A stretch of 64,000 nt of DNA from a virus. The stretch lies in IMG/VR virus record IMGVR_UViG_3300024289_000019, positions 32,001 through 96,000 of that record. One strand, written 5' to 3'. A program made the translations under genes and the position numbers. Below are positions 40,745 through 49,895 of this stretch, in pieces. The notes under the pieces were generated by a model. It had not been told where the DNA came from, searched no databases, and saw only the letters and a program-made list of their open reading frames with translations. Each line of letters opens with the position of its first letter. Within the stretch, counting starts at the first letter, position 1.

Positions 40745-41338
40745 ATGAAATCTTTTTATAAAGAAAACCCATTTGGAGAAGATCTATTTAGCAGAATACT
40801 TTCTGAGTGTAATGAAATAGATAAAAGCTTTAATATTGGTCAGTACTCTACTAGATTTGGAAGATATGATTCTGTTTTTGAATTTAGCAAAGATATCGAG
40901 TCCAAACTTATTGAGATTGCTAAAAAAGAATTTAATGAACCAGATCTTGAAATTACATATAACCAAGTAACAAGATATCAAATAGTTGATGGGAATGTAC
41001 CACAATTATTTATGCACGTAGATACTCTTCCATCTACACATACAATAGATGTTTGTTTGGACACAACTGTTCCAGAATGGGGACTTGAGGTAAAAGATGG
41101 AGAAAATGTATTATTATTTAAAGATAAAAAAGGATCTGCAGTATTTTTAAAAGGCGATGAAGATGAGCATGGTAGACCACCGTATCCATCTCAAAGCCCA
41201 TCAGATTACTGTAAGATGTTGTTTATAAATCTTGCTCCATCTACACATTGGTCAGCAATAGCACGTAAAAAACTAGGGCCAACAGCGATAAAACAACAAT
41301 ATTACCCTTTGAGTGTAACTCTTGACAGCCCTAAATAA
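40745..41338 (+). CDS. Putative 2OG-Fe(II) oxygenase
   Basis: HVD...GSAVFLKG...HGRP pattern. Confidence 0.6.
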   Translation: MKSFYKENPFGEDLFSRILSECNEIDKSFNIGQYSTRFGRYDSVFEFSKDIESKLIEIAKKEFNEPDLEITYNQVTRYQIVDGNVPQLFMHVDTLPSTHTIDVCLDTTVPEWGLEVKDGENVLLFKDKKGSAVFLKGDEDEHGRPPYPSQSPSDYCKMLFINLAPSTHWSAIARKKLGPTAIKQQYYPLSVTLDSPK

Positions 41339-41359
41339 ATAATATAAAATACTATAGTT

Positions 41360-41433
41360 GCGGATGTTGCATATTGGTAGTGCCTCTGCCTTCCAAGCAG
41401 AAGGGGTGAGTTCGATTCTCATCATCCGCTCCA
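41360..41433 (+). tRNA. tRNA-Gly (TCC)
   Basis: GCGGATG/CATCCGC acceptor, CTTCCAA loop, encoded CCA. Confidence 0.92.
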
Positions 41434-41434
41434 G

Positions 41435-41507
41435 GCCTTGTTAGCTCAGTGGCCAGAGCATCCGCCTTGTAAGCGGAGGGTCATCAGTTCGACTCTGATA
41501 CGAGGCT
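41435..41507 (+). tRNA. tRNA-Thr (TGT)
   Basis: GCCTTGT/ACGAGGC acceptor, TCCGC-CTTGTAA-GCGGA anticodon arm. Confidence 0.92.
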
Positions 41508-41525
41508 CGACCAGATAGGAATATA

Positions 41526-41879
41526 ATGAAAGATCTCAAAATAAATAAGACAAGAATAGTTCCACTTCGTTGGTTTGCGAATATGTGTGGTGATATTGCA
41601 GGTTGGGCAATTCTGCGTATTTCATATCAGGATGAATTAGAAGATTTTGGTTGGCGCTATAAATTTCATGCATTTGTCTGGAAGATTACATGGCCAGTGT
41701 ATTATAAGTTTGGCACATTCTATGAATTTGATTTTGATATGAGTGGAGATGGATGGAATGACTATGACGAGGATGGTGTTCCATACTGGGAAAAGACAGG
41801 TTTTGTAGATCCAGAATACGAAAAGCCATGGGACTTTATTGATGGCGATGGAGATGCATTTAGAATTATACATAAATAA
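41526..41879 (+). CDS. Hypothetical protein
   Basis: 117 aa Trp/Asp-rich ORF with RBS. Confidence 0.55.
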   Translation: MKDLKINKTRIVPLRWFANMCGDIAGWAILRISYQDELEDFGWRYKFHAFVWKITWPVYYKFGTFYEFDFDMSGDGWNDYDEDGVPYWEKTGFVDPEYEKPWDFIDGDGDAFRIIHK

Positions 41880-42273
41880 TAGTATGTTGATCGAATCTGG
41901 TAAATAGTGAAGCGAAAAGTGCGGCGGCAGAGAAGAAAAAATGCTAAAATATAATGACTACGTCAGGAGAATTATGAGGAAAAAGATGATTGCATCGTTG
42001 TTGCTGATATCCAGCATAATTGCAGGAATCTTCTATTTGTTTAATAGTTTAAAAAATTTGGATGACGCATTTGCTGTAGATTTCAGCGATGACGATGAAT
42101 CTGATCTATGAGCGGATACCCGCTACCTAAAGATCCAGTACAGGCTGCCTATTTAGATTATTTAAGAAAGAAAAATATAGAAAAATCTAAATATTGTCAA
42201 TACTGTAAAAATGAAACGGTAGGGATAAATTCGGACGGGTACAGAATAATATTTGTTTGTAAGGAGCACATAA

Positions 42274-42768
42274 ATGATATATCATAAGCATCTACTTGTA
42301 AATGCTAAGGTAAAAGAGCCAATGAATAATGAAATAATGGCTGAGAATTTTTTACGTATTTTAGTTGACCAGATTAATATGAAGATTATAAAAGGACCAT
42401 TTGCATCTTATGTAAATGTTGAGGGCAATAGGGGTCTAACCGCAATTGTTATGATCGAAACTAGCCATATTGCATTTCATATTTGGGATGAACCAGATCC
42501 AGGATTACTTCAATTTGATCTATATACTTGCGGATCTTTAGACCTAAATATAGCCCTATCAACCCTAAAGAAGTTCTTTAATGTTGTAGAACTTGATTAT
42601 GTAGTCTATGACAGAGAGAATGGATTTGTAGTTGAACAAGAAGGATATGAAAGAGATGGCATATTCTATGCCAATCATCCACAAGGAAAAGGTCCAGGAT
42701 TAATGGATCCATCTGTTGGTGGATTTTTAGGCGGGAAGACCGATATAGACGGTACTTACCATGATTAA
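42274..42768 (+). CDS. speD: S-adenosylmethionine decarboxylase proenzyme-like
   Basis: GLTAIVMIETSHIAFHIW...FDLYTCG. Confidence 0.82.
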   Translation: MIYHKHLLVNAKVKEPMNNEIMAENFLRILVDQINMKIIKGPFASYVNVEGNRGLTAIVMIETSHIAFHIWDEPDPGLLQFDLYTCGSLDLNIALSTLKKFFNVVELDYVVYDRENGFVVEQEGYERDGIFYANHPQGKGPGLMDPSVGGFLGGKTDIDGTYHD

Positions 42769-43345
42769 ACGTATCTTCAAGTGTAAGGAATGTAAAACTA
42801 TATTATCTATAGAGACAGAATTACCAGAAGATAAGATCCATAAACATCCACCATGCATATGTGGCAAAGCTAGGATGATATCCTTGAATTCGCCAGAATA
42901 TGCATACAATCTCTGGGATTAGATCTCCTATTCCCCCTCCCATTTTCTCCTTTGTATAGGCCTTATAGAGCCTTTTAAAGTGGAGTATTGTGGAGTAAAG
43001 TGGAGAATATGACTACTGTATATATTTATAATACTATTGATTATTTAATTTAACATTATATGAGTATTTGAGCATATCATAAACTCCCCCGTAATGTCAA
43101 CATGGGGCATTTGGGCCATATCATATTATATTGGGCATGTCAATACATTCCCGTGATATAAAAAATATGCCCGTAAATATGCATATTGGCCCGTATTTGT
43201 CAAGCATTTTCTGGTAAATTCTGACCAATTTATATATATTTATAATAGTTTTATTATACATTTTATATTATTCTGGTCAAAATTCCAGTGATTTTATTAG
43301 ATTTATCGTAAATGGGGAAATTGGCCCGTATTTTTAAAATAAAAA

Positions 43346-43369
43346 ACCCCCTGGATTTCTCCAGGGGGA
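43346..43369. terminator. Terminator hairpin ending the leftward gene block
   Basis: CCCCCTGGA-tttc-TCCAGGGGG with an A tract on the left (U tract on the minus strand). Confidence 0.7.
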
Positions 43370-43383
43370 TCAATGATTAATTA

Positions 43384-43668
43384 CTAATACATCTCTAATT
43401 CCAATTGGTCATTCTCTGCAAGTAATCTAAACCAATCTCTTGCTTTGATTAGACCATAACTTGTTTCCGCCGAATTGTCCCAATCTTGGTTATATCTCAT
43501 ATATTGATATGTGACAATTGCCTCAACGAGTTCCATTATTTTATCTTGTGTATAATGTGGAGAATGATTAATTAAATAATTAGCCACTAATGTAGCATTG
43601 AAGTTAACATCATTCATTGCTTGATACATGGCTTCCGCCAATTTTTGTTCAGGTATTCGTTTTGCCAT
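43384..43668 (-). CDS. Hypothetical protein
   Basis: GGAG RBS, 94 aa. Confidence 0.6.
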   Translation of the reverse strand: MAKRIPEQKLAEAMYQAMNDVNFNATLVANYLINHSPHYTQDKIMELVEAIVTYQYMRYNQDWDNSAETSYGLIKARDWFRLLAENDQLELEMY

Positions 43669-43758
43669 TTATCTCCATTCTCTTTCGTGGGGGTAATTGT
43701 ATCATTGGGTGGGGGAAGTTGGCAACGAAAGGGTAAGAACCAACCTCCCCCATGGATC

Positions 43759-43911
43759 CTACTTCTTACGGTTTGAAGTAGGCTTCTCAGCGGTGAACTG
43801 AATGCCCTTTTGAGTTGCCTCTGCTAGGGCCTGCTTTGCTGCGGATGAAAAACGTCCACGGGCACCAACGGTGATGCCTTGAGCTTTTAGATAGTCACGC
43901 TTTGTTGTCAT
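43759..43911 (-). CDS. Lsr2-like DNA-binding mini-protein (not in ORF track)
   Basis: 50 aa MTTKRDYLKAQGITVGARGRFSSAAKQALAEA...; RGR AT-hook; GAAAGGA RBS. Confidence 0.7.
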   Translation of the reverse strand: MTTKRDYLKAQGITVGARGRFSSAAKQALAEATQKGIQFTAEKPTSNRKK

Positions 43912-44129
43912 TTACTTGTCCTTTCTAGACAGTTTTATTTTGGTATATTTTACCAGTTTTTGGCGAATTTGTAAATACCCTCGTAAGAAGCTCCGCCTGC
44001 CCTTACGAATCCTTATTTTGTTCCATTCCATCATTGATTAATTTAGTAATGATCGACCTAGCCATGTCTTCATGACCATTTTGAATCCAGGCACGAGCCA
44101 GCTCCAGTTTAAACTTAGTTAACTCATCT

Positions 44130-44474
44130 CTAGTCATCTAGCCACCCGTCATCATCCAGAGCAACAATGAAGTCATTCTCCCTCATCCAATCTCTGATTG
44201 TCTCCTCCATGATTTCGCCGCCTGTGTCCATGCTAAGACCAAGGCTGTCGGAATCTTCATAGAACTTATCGAAGATTTGTTTTAATGTAACACCTTCTGT
44301 GATTGCTTCATCATAGCCAGTATCAGTGTTGTCGTAGATATCTTTGATGATGTCAAAGCACCATGCCCAACATAACGACGGGAATAGGTCCAGATTGCTC
44401 AACTGCTCATTAATAGATAACAATTGATTAAATGCATCGTCCCTACGTGTTGCTTCTTGTAGATCTAAACTCAT
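44130..44474 (-). CDS. Hypothetical acidic protein
   Basis: ORF in leftward operon. Confidence 0.6.
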   Translation of the reverse strand: MSLDLQEATRRDDAFNQLLSINEQLSNLDLFPSLCWAWCFDIIKDIYDNTDTGYDEAITEGVTLKQIFDKFYEDSDSLGLSMDTGGEIMEETIRDWMRENDFIVALDDDGWLDD

Positions 44475-44734
44475 TTCTTGTCCCTTTCTGCGATTGCAAA
44501 TGATAATGCATATGTAAGGCTATACACATGCGCTAGAGCGTCTACTTGGCCTTCCCAGTACTTCCGCTCCATAGATTCCATAGCGTCGTCATAGTCGTTT
44601 TCCTCTTCGGTCTCTTGGGCCATACGTAGTTCGTCTTCAGCGTCTACCATGAGCACCTTCAATGCACCGTGCAAGATGTCGAGCCCAGATGAACCGTGGT
44701 CCACTTGTCTCTGCAGGCTATCTGTTAGTTCCAT
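44471..44734 (-). CDS. Hypothetical acidic protein
   Basis: AAGGAG RBS and TGTCAG-N10-TATAAT promoter. Confidence 0.6.
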   Translation of the reverse strand: MELTDSLQRQVDHGSSGLDILHGALKVLMVDAEDELRMAQETEEENDYDDAMESMERKYWEGQVDALAHVYSLTYALSFAIAERDKK

Positions 44735-44949
44735 TATTTCTCCTTTGTTTCTTCCATTATATCAAGAGCCACTGACAAAATGTGGTCACAAGCAGATACC
44801 TGGCCACTCGTCCAATTGTATTCAATATCTAATTCAGCAAAGTCTTTTGAGGCGGGGTCCAAAGCATCCATCTGATTAGATAATTGCTCTAAATCCTGGT
44901 TTAAAGACATTATATGTAGTTTGATATATTCAATTAGTTTATGAGACAT
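44734..44949 (-). CDS. Hypothetical protein
   Basis: Shares a W.GQV.A..H motif with the previous gene. Confidence 0.55.
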   Translation of the reverse strand: MSHKLIEYIKLHIMSLNQDLEQLSNQMDALDPASKDFAELDIEYNWTSGQVSACDHILSVALDIMEETKEK

Positions 44950-45074
44950 GGCCTTCCTCCATTAATCCAATTAAAAAGTCGGCGGCTAACCAAACTTCTT
45001 CCTTATCCCTAGAATCAGGTAAAGATTCATGTACATTCAATAAACCCTCAACCATTTCTTCTACATCTTTTAAT

Positions 45075-45329
45075 TTATAACCCAACATTAAAATACTCCT
45101 CATCTTCAGGTGTTAATTCATAGAATAGATTAAACTTAGATTGTAAATATGGGTCTGATGACATTAAAGCAATTTGATAATCTGCATAAAATGTCCCTTC
45201 ATCTAAATTAGAACTATTCCATTGTTCAAATAGATGTTCAGATATTTCAGTAATGACAGCGTCAATTACCATTTGATTCTCATCATCTAAAAATGACCCA
45301 CGGTCATTTAGTTCCAGCCTATCAGCCAT
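45075..45329 (-). CDS. Hypothetical acidic protein
   Basis: ORF overlapping upstream gene. Confidence 0.55.
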   Translation of the reverse strand: MADRLELNDRGSFLDDENQMVIDAVITEISEHLFEQWNSSNLDEGTFYADYQIALMSSDPYLQSKFNLFYELTPEDEEYFNVGL

Positions 45330-46074
45330 TTACTTGCTCCATTCTATAATCAGGGACATGCTCGGAATCCAAGTATATCTTATGGGTCTGACATTCTTTG
45401 ACACAATCAAGGTCTGCCTCGCCTAAATAATTACAAGCAGAGCAAATTTGACCACAATCATTATCGCAATAATCTAATGTATCTTCTGCATCACAATCTC
45501 TACATTTAGATTCATATTCAGAACCTTCTAATTGTTCACCACGAAGGAACTCGCATTCGCCACCCCAACCTGTCTCTTCTTCATAACTAAGAGTAAATAG
45601 GAGTGCTGGATATTGTGCTGATAATTTAGCAATGGCAGGAAACGGTGGAGACCAAGCAGTATTGAAATTATAATAAACTACAAGGTTCTCTCCATTTTCA
45701 GTAGGACCCTCCATATATGTTTCAGGATATTCATCATCTGAAGATACAGCGACATCCCATTTTGTGCCCCATTCACGAACATTGAATGAATACCAGTCAT
45801 TTGTTTGGAATTTCATTTGCTCTTCAATAGGCAATTTATGGTCGGGTTGCTGAAGATACTCATACTCAGTAATACCTGCTTGTAAATGATTATAGATATT
45901 ATGAAAAGCAAATACAGGATTAGGATATGTAGTTTGTTTCTTTTGCATTTGTCCAGTTTCCATGTTCCATGAATCATGGACCTGTGCAAATGGCTTATTC
46001 AATTGTGCTACTAATGTATTGACAAGTTGTGGATTTCCCTCTATGGTCAATCCGTTATATACCCAGTTCGGCAT
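45322..46074 (-). CDS. DUF1281/YubB ferredoxin-like family protein
   Basis: MPNW..N, WYSFNVREWGTKWD, FNTAWSPP, LSYEE. Confidence 0.75.
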   Translation of the reverse strand: MPNWVYNGLTIEGNPQLVNTLVAQLNKPFAQVHDSWNMETGQMQKKQTTYPNPVFAFHNIYNHLQAGITEYEYLQQPDHKLPIEEQMKFQTNDWYSFNVREWGTKWDVAVSSDDEYPETYMEGPTENGENLVVYYNFNTAWSPPFPAIAKLSAQYPALLFTLSYEEETGWGGECEFLRGEQLEGSEYESKCRDCDAEDTLDYCDNDCGQICSACNYLGEADLDCVKECQTHKIYLDSEHVPDYRMEQVNG

Positions 46075-46254
46075 ATATATTCCTTTCGTTCGGTTATTGG
46101 CATAATTATAATGCCTACCACCGACATTTGTCTATATGATGTGGATCACATAAAATGACTAATAGGTTTATTTATCTTATATATTGAGAATTTCAGTGAA
46201 TATAGTTGACAAACGTAAAAAGATCAATCTATCCTCCGCTTTTACGGGCAGCTA

Positions 46255-46375
46255 TAAAAAAAGCGGGGGCCCCAACAGTCTCTCCCTCTGTTGGGCCCCC
46301 TGTGTTTGGCTGCATCCACACTATGCATATTTAAAGACTGGGGCGAAAGGAACCCTGAAAGCCTCACCAAACGTT
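46255..46375 (-). ncRNA. Predicted small RNA with anti-Shine-Dalgarno loop
   Basis: TGATATAAT upstream, GUUUGG/CCAAAC closing stem, loop UUCCUUUCG, GC-rich terminator plus U tract. Confidence 0.6.
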
Positions 46376-46388
46376 ATTTATCATTATA

Positions 46389-46754
46389 TCATACTGAGGC
46401 AGGTTCAAGAGGTGGTACAGTTATACCAGCATGATAAGCGATAAACTCTTCCCATGAATGTCCTTCAACGGTTTTGCCAACCATATCAACATCCACGGTA
46501 AAATCCCAAGCAGCAAAATTGCTAGGTTTAGATACTGCGCCAATGCCATAACCAGTTTCGTCCAGGACCTCATGCTGAATCATATGACTAATAATCATAC
46601 GAATGCAATATGGTGTGTCATTCCACCTTGGACGAGCATGTGCTAATGCTGTAGCAAGTTTAACTTGCCATTCATCTTCTCCCCAATGTGAATATAACCA
46701 AACTGCAGGCTCATTTTCGCCTTCGTTAAAAATATAATTAATTCGTGCTCCCAC
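46389..46754 (-). CDS. Hypothetical phage protein
   Basis: MGARINY...LYSHWG motif. Confidence 0.65.
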   Translation of the reverse strand: MGARINYIFNEGENEPAVWLYSHWGEDEWQVKLATALAHARPRWNDTPYCIRMIISHMIQHEVLDETGYGIGAVSKPSNFAAWDFTVDVDMVGKTVEGHSWEEFIAYHAGITVPPLEPASV

Positions 46755-46944
46755 TGATTTCCGCCTTTTCTCTAGTGTCCTCTTCGATTTTGTCCAATTC
46801 TACTACTTCATAGGACCATTTGTCAAGGCCCTCTTTGAACTCGTTGTAGTGGTGTCCACAGAAAAATAAATCTCCAGCTAAACCTTTAGCCTGATACATT
46901 GCTTTTGCTGTAACACATTTATCACAATTTAATCTTTCTGTCAT
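46738..46944 (-). CDS. Small zinc-binding protein
   Basis: CDKC...LFFCGHH. Confidence 0.65.
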   Translation of the reverse strand: MTERLNCDKCVTAKAMYQAKGLAGDLFFCGHHYNEFKEGLDKWSYEVVELDKIEEDTREKAEISGSTN

Positions 46945-47089
46945 AGTTTTCCGCCTTCTATCATGTCTGATAATCTATCTAAGATCCAAGAGTCGATATC
47001 GTTGATGTCAATCTCACGTAATTTCTCCATGATTTCATCACGGGCATATTTGTAACCATCATCCCAACCGCTCTTATAATCTGACATAT

Positions 47090-47302
47090 TTATCTCCTTG
47101 TGTATCCAGTTTCTTCGTATTCTGATACATAAGTTTCTGTTAAATTAAACTTATCACGAATACGACTTACTTTCTCTATGCTACCAGTTCCAATGTTGAA
47201 TGTCAATGGTGGCATGAAATGTGGGTCCAGTCCAATTACTTGTGCCTCCCAATAGGCCATCTCTAAAGACAGCCTATCAGGAGCGGTAAGTTCAAAGTAC
47301 AT
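47090..47302 (-). CDS. Hypothetical protein
   Basis: ORF in leftward operon. Confidence 0.55.
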   Translation of the reverse strand: MYFELTAPDRLSLEMAYWEAQVIGLDPHFMPPLTFNIGTGSIEKVSRIRDKFNLTETYVSEYEETGYTRR

Positions 47303-47952
47303 TACCAGCGCACATCCGCATCTTCAACATCAAATGATTGAACAACAACATCTCCGTTGTATGCATCAAGAGTTAAAGTATCTTGTAAGAAGTAACGTGC
47401 ATCAAAATCTTCTACGTCCTCCATTGGAATATCGTATTCAACCTCAAATGACATGCTTCCAGTAATACGAACTGTTTGCTTTGGTTCATGACCAAGAATT
47501 TCGCAAAGGTCTCTAAGGACATCTTCCTTTTCAACGTTTGGGTTGTACCAGCCATCAGTATCTAGATTATTAATAATACGACGTATTTGGTCGTTACTAA
47601 TAGTTAGTTGTTTTTCAAGGCGGACCAAGGAATCTAATTTACCTTCTAGGTCCACAGTCTTGATACTTGGGTAAGTTATATCATAACCATTAATAGACTT
47701 ATATGTTGTAAGTGCATTAGGGTTATAGGTCTCAGGGACCGTTGATGTTTCTTGCATTTCTTTCCTTTCGTTAATTGGTGTAATTGTAGCAGGCTCCACC
47801 GACAAAAGGTTGGGCCTACGTCCACATGGACATGTGACATTCATCACACTTCCAGATGGGAATCCGAATTTATCTGATGATGTTACTTCAATTAAAGTAT
47901 CACATTCATCAGGATCGCATGCATATGTATTTTTAGTCCAGGTTTCTGACAT
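47302..47952 (-). CDS. Hypothetical protein with internal promoter and RBS (second start near 47757)
   Basis: N-terminal Cys motif; internal TGTCGG-N10-TACAAT and AACGAAAGGAA before an in-frame ATG. Confidence 0.55.
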   Translation of the reverse strand: MSETWTKNTYACDPDECDTLIEVTSSDKFGFPSGSVMNVTCPCGRRPNLLSVEPATITPINERKEMQETSTVPETYNPNALTTYKSINGYDITYPSIKTVDLEGKLDSLVRLEKQLTISNDQIRRIINNLDTDGWYNPNVEKEDVLRDLCEILGHEPKQTVRITGSMSFEVEYDIPMEDVEDFDARYFLQDTLTLDAYNGDVVVQSFDVEDADVRW

Positions 47953-48173
47953 TAGACATCCGCCATTTGCTTGTGGTATGCTTTGAGGTCCATAACATTA
48001 ATGTTAAGTTCCTCTTCAGGGTACTCATTAATCAAGAAGTTTAATGCTTCTCCTGCTGACTTAAAGTCAGTATAATTAGTTGAATAACCATATCCATATA
48101 TGGTTGCTTCCCAGCAGTCTACCCCTCCAGGAGAGACAGAATATTCCATTTCATATATCTGTGCGTTTATCAT
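47952..48173 (-). CDS. Hypothetical protein, probably leaderless
   Basis: ATG lies just downstream of the TGTCAG-N10-TATAAT promoter at 48181-48202. Confidence 0.5.
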   Translation of the reverse strand: MINAQIYEMEYSVSPGGVDCWEATIYGYGYSTNYTDFKSAGEALNFLINEYPEEELNINVMDLKAYHKQMADV

Positions 48174-48322
48174 GGCCCAAATTATACACGAGACGACTGA
48201 CATTTACAAGCATTTCCAGGGATTTTTTCTAGATTCCCGTATTATCTACATCACATCCGTAAAAGCTCTGGGCGATCCTTAGTATATTGCGGGCGTCTCA
48301 TTATGTGAAACATTTTATCTTG

Positions 48323-48397
48323 CGATGCGTACGGGATTTGAACCCGTGATCTCCACAGTGACAGTGTGGTGAAATAACCAAGCTATTCTAACGCACC
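48323..48397 (-). tRNA. tRNA-Asp (GTC)
   Basis: Reverse complement folds as a cloverleaf: GGTGCGT/ACGCATC, CCACA-CTGTCAC-TGTGG, GGTTCAAATCC. Confidence 0.9.
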
Positions 48398-48442
48398 AAA
48401 TAAAAACGGGGGAGATTTATCTCCCCCGCTAGTTTATCATTC

Positions 48443-49447
48443 TTAGAATGATTTTACTAACTTGAGAAGTTTATTTTTCTCAGCAGTAAGAATTGGGTCA
48501 AAGCCACTCGCACCCGCCATTAGCGTTTCAGAATTGCCACGACCAGAACGGAAATAATCAAGGCGTTCAGTAAGCGCATTGAAAGCACCCCATTTTGTTC
48601 CCTTGATATTAGCGTTAGTTGGTGAGTTATGATAAAGTTCATCAATCAAGATAACTTTATTTTCCCACTTTTTCAAAGCACCCTTAGCGTCTTTTTCAGG
48701 CTTAGGATAAATTGTGCGAATTAGTTTAGAGAATTCGGCATCAGTAATTTCCTGCTTGAAAAGTTCCTGCGCTTCTTTCTCGAATTCATCAAAGTATCCA
48801 AGAGCAAGACCCAAAGTTTCACGAGCAACTTGAATTCTGCCTTCGACAGATTGAGTATGGCGAATTTTGAATGATTGCTTAGCATTACGCATAGCAAGAT
48901 TCAAAGTGTTTTGGCATACAACACGAACAGGTGTAATTGCTGCCTGAACAGCAACAGAACCATCATGTGAAGTCCATACGATTAGATAAAGTTTTGTTTG
49001 GTCATTAGCACCTTGTGGGTCTAACACCATAGTTCTAGGAACATCAACAGTTCCGAAAACTACTTTACCATTTTTGAGAGAACCAGCAGATTCCCAGCGA
49101 CACTCAGGGTTAGCATCATGAATGTTATCTGCGAAAGCAAATAATTCTTCATTCTGAACAGGCTTGTATCGCTTACCAACAGTAGCGAGAACATCAGTTC
49201 CACCATTGAATGGATTTGTGCGAATAACTAACTGAGCGTTAGATACATCATTCCAAGATTCTGAAATGTGGTCGGTCAATGGAGATAAGCGAACATTCCA
49301 ATTAGAAAGTTTTGCTTCATCGAGCATTGTTTGAGTAGTTACATTTTCATCTTGATTGAAAATGCGATTAGCGAGATTGTGCCATGCGGGTTTTCCACGC
49401 AAAGCAAAGGCAACTTCGTTGCCATTTGTTTCTAGGTTATGAGCCAT
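48443..49447 (-). CDS. DUF932 family (phage/plasmid-like protein TIGR03299)
   Basis: MAHNLE...PAWH, YKPVQNEE, ESAGSL, TSHDGS, TPVRVVCQNTL, IRHT, GTKWGAFNA. Confidence 0.88.
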   Translation of the reverse strand: MAHNLETNGNEVAFALRGKPAWHNLANRIFNQDENVTTQTMLDEAKLSNWNVRLSPLTDHISESWNDVSNAQLVIRTNPFNGGTDVLATVGKRYKPVQNEELFAFADNIHDANPECRWESAGSLKNGKVVFGTVDVPRTMVLDPQGANDQTKLYLIVWTSHDGSVAVQAAITPVRVVCQNTLNLAMRNAKQSFKIRHTQSVEGRIQVARETLGLALGYFDEFEKEAQELFKQEITDAEFSKLIRTIYPKPEKDAKGALKKWENKVILIDELYHNSPTNANIKGTKWGAFNALTERLDYFRSGRGNSETLMAGASGFDPILTAEKNKLLKLVKSF

Positions 49448-49686
49448 AGATTTTTCCTTTCATTAGTTAGATTGAGCCTAAGTATAACAGACCCCACCGA
49501 CATTGTAAATAGTTAGATAGACATTGTGGGCAAATCGGACATGTGATCAATATCATAAATTCCTGTGGTTATCCACAGTTTGCCGTAACGCTGTGGATAA
49601 CCCCGCAAGTTGTTGCGGGCCACAAGATCGGGGAAGCTGGGGCGGGAATCTAGATGATTACACAGTTCAAACCCGCCCCAAGATTA

Positions 49687-49869
49687 TTACTTACCGACTT
49701 TTACCATAGCATAACGCAAACCGCTGCCAGTATCTAATCTTAATTTAGTTAGATTAGGTCTGATAGAAATTATTTCGCTAATAGTGCCAGTAATTCCTGA
49801 TTTACCAGTTGTAAAAACATCGCCTTTGCGATAGAAGCGACCTTTCTTGGTATCTAGAATTGGTGACAT
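49687..49869 (-). CDS. Small SH3/KOW-like protein
   Basis: Y.KGD.FTT.KS..TG.I.EI; paralog of 50441..50620. Confidence 0.6.
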   Translation of the reverse strand: MSPILDTKKGRFYRKGDVFTTGKSGITGTISEIISIRPNLTKLRLDTGSGLRYAMVKVGK

Positions 49870-49895
49870 TTTATTTCCTTTCGTTTGTTGGTTGG

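Noticed and set aside
42923-42960. Pyrimidine-rich tract as another anti-SD RNA
   Set aside because: Only a 5-bp stem and no clear promoter or terminator; too weak to call separately.
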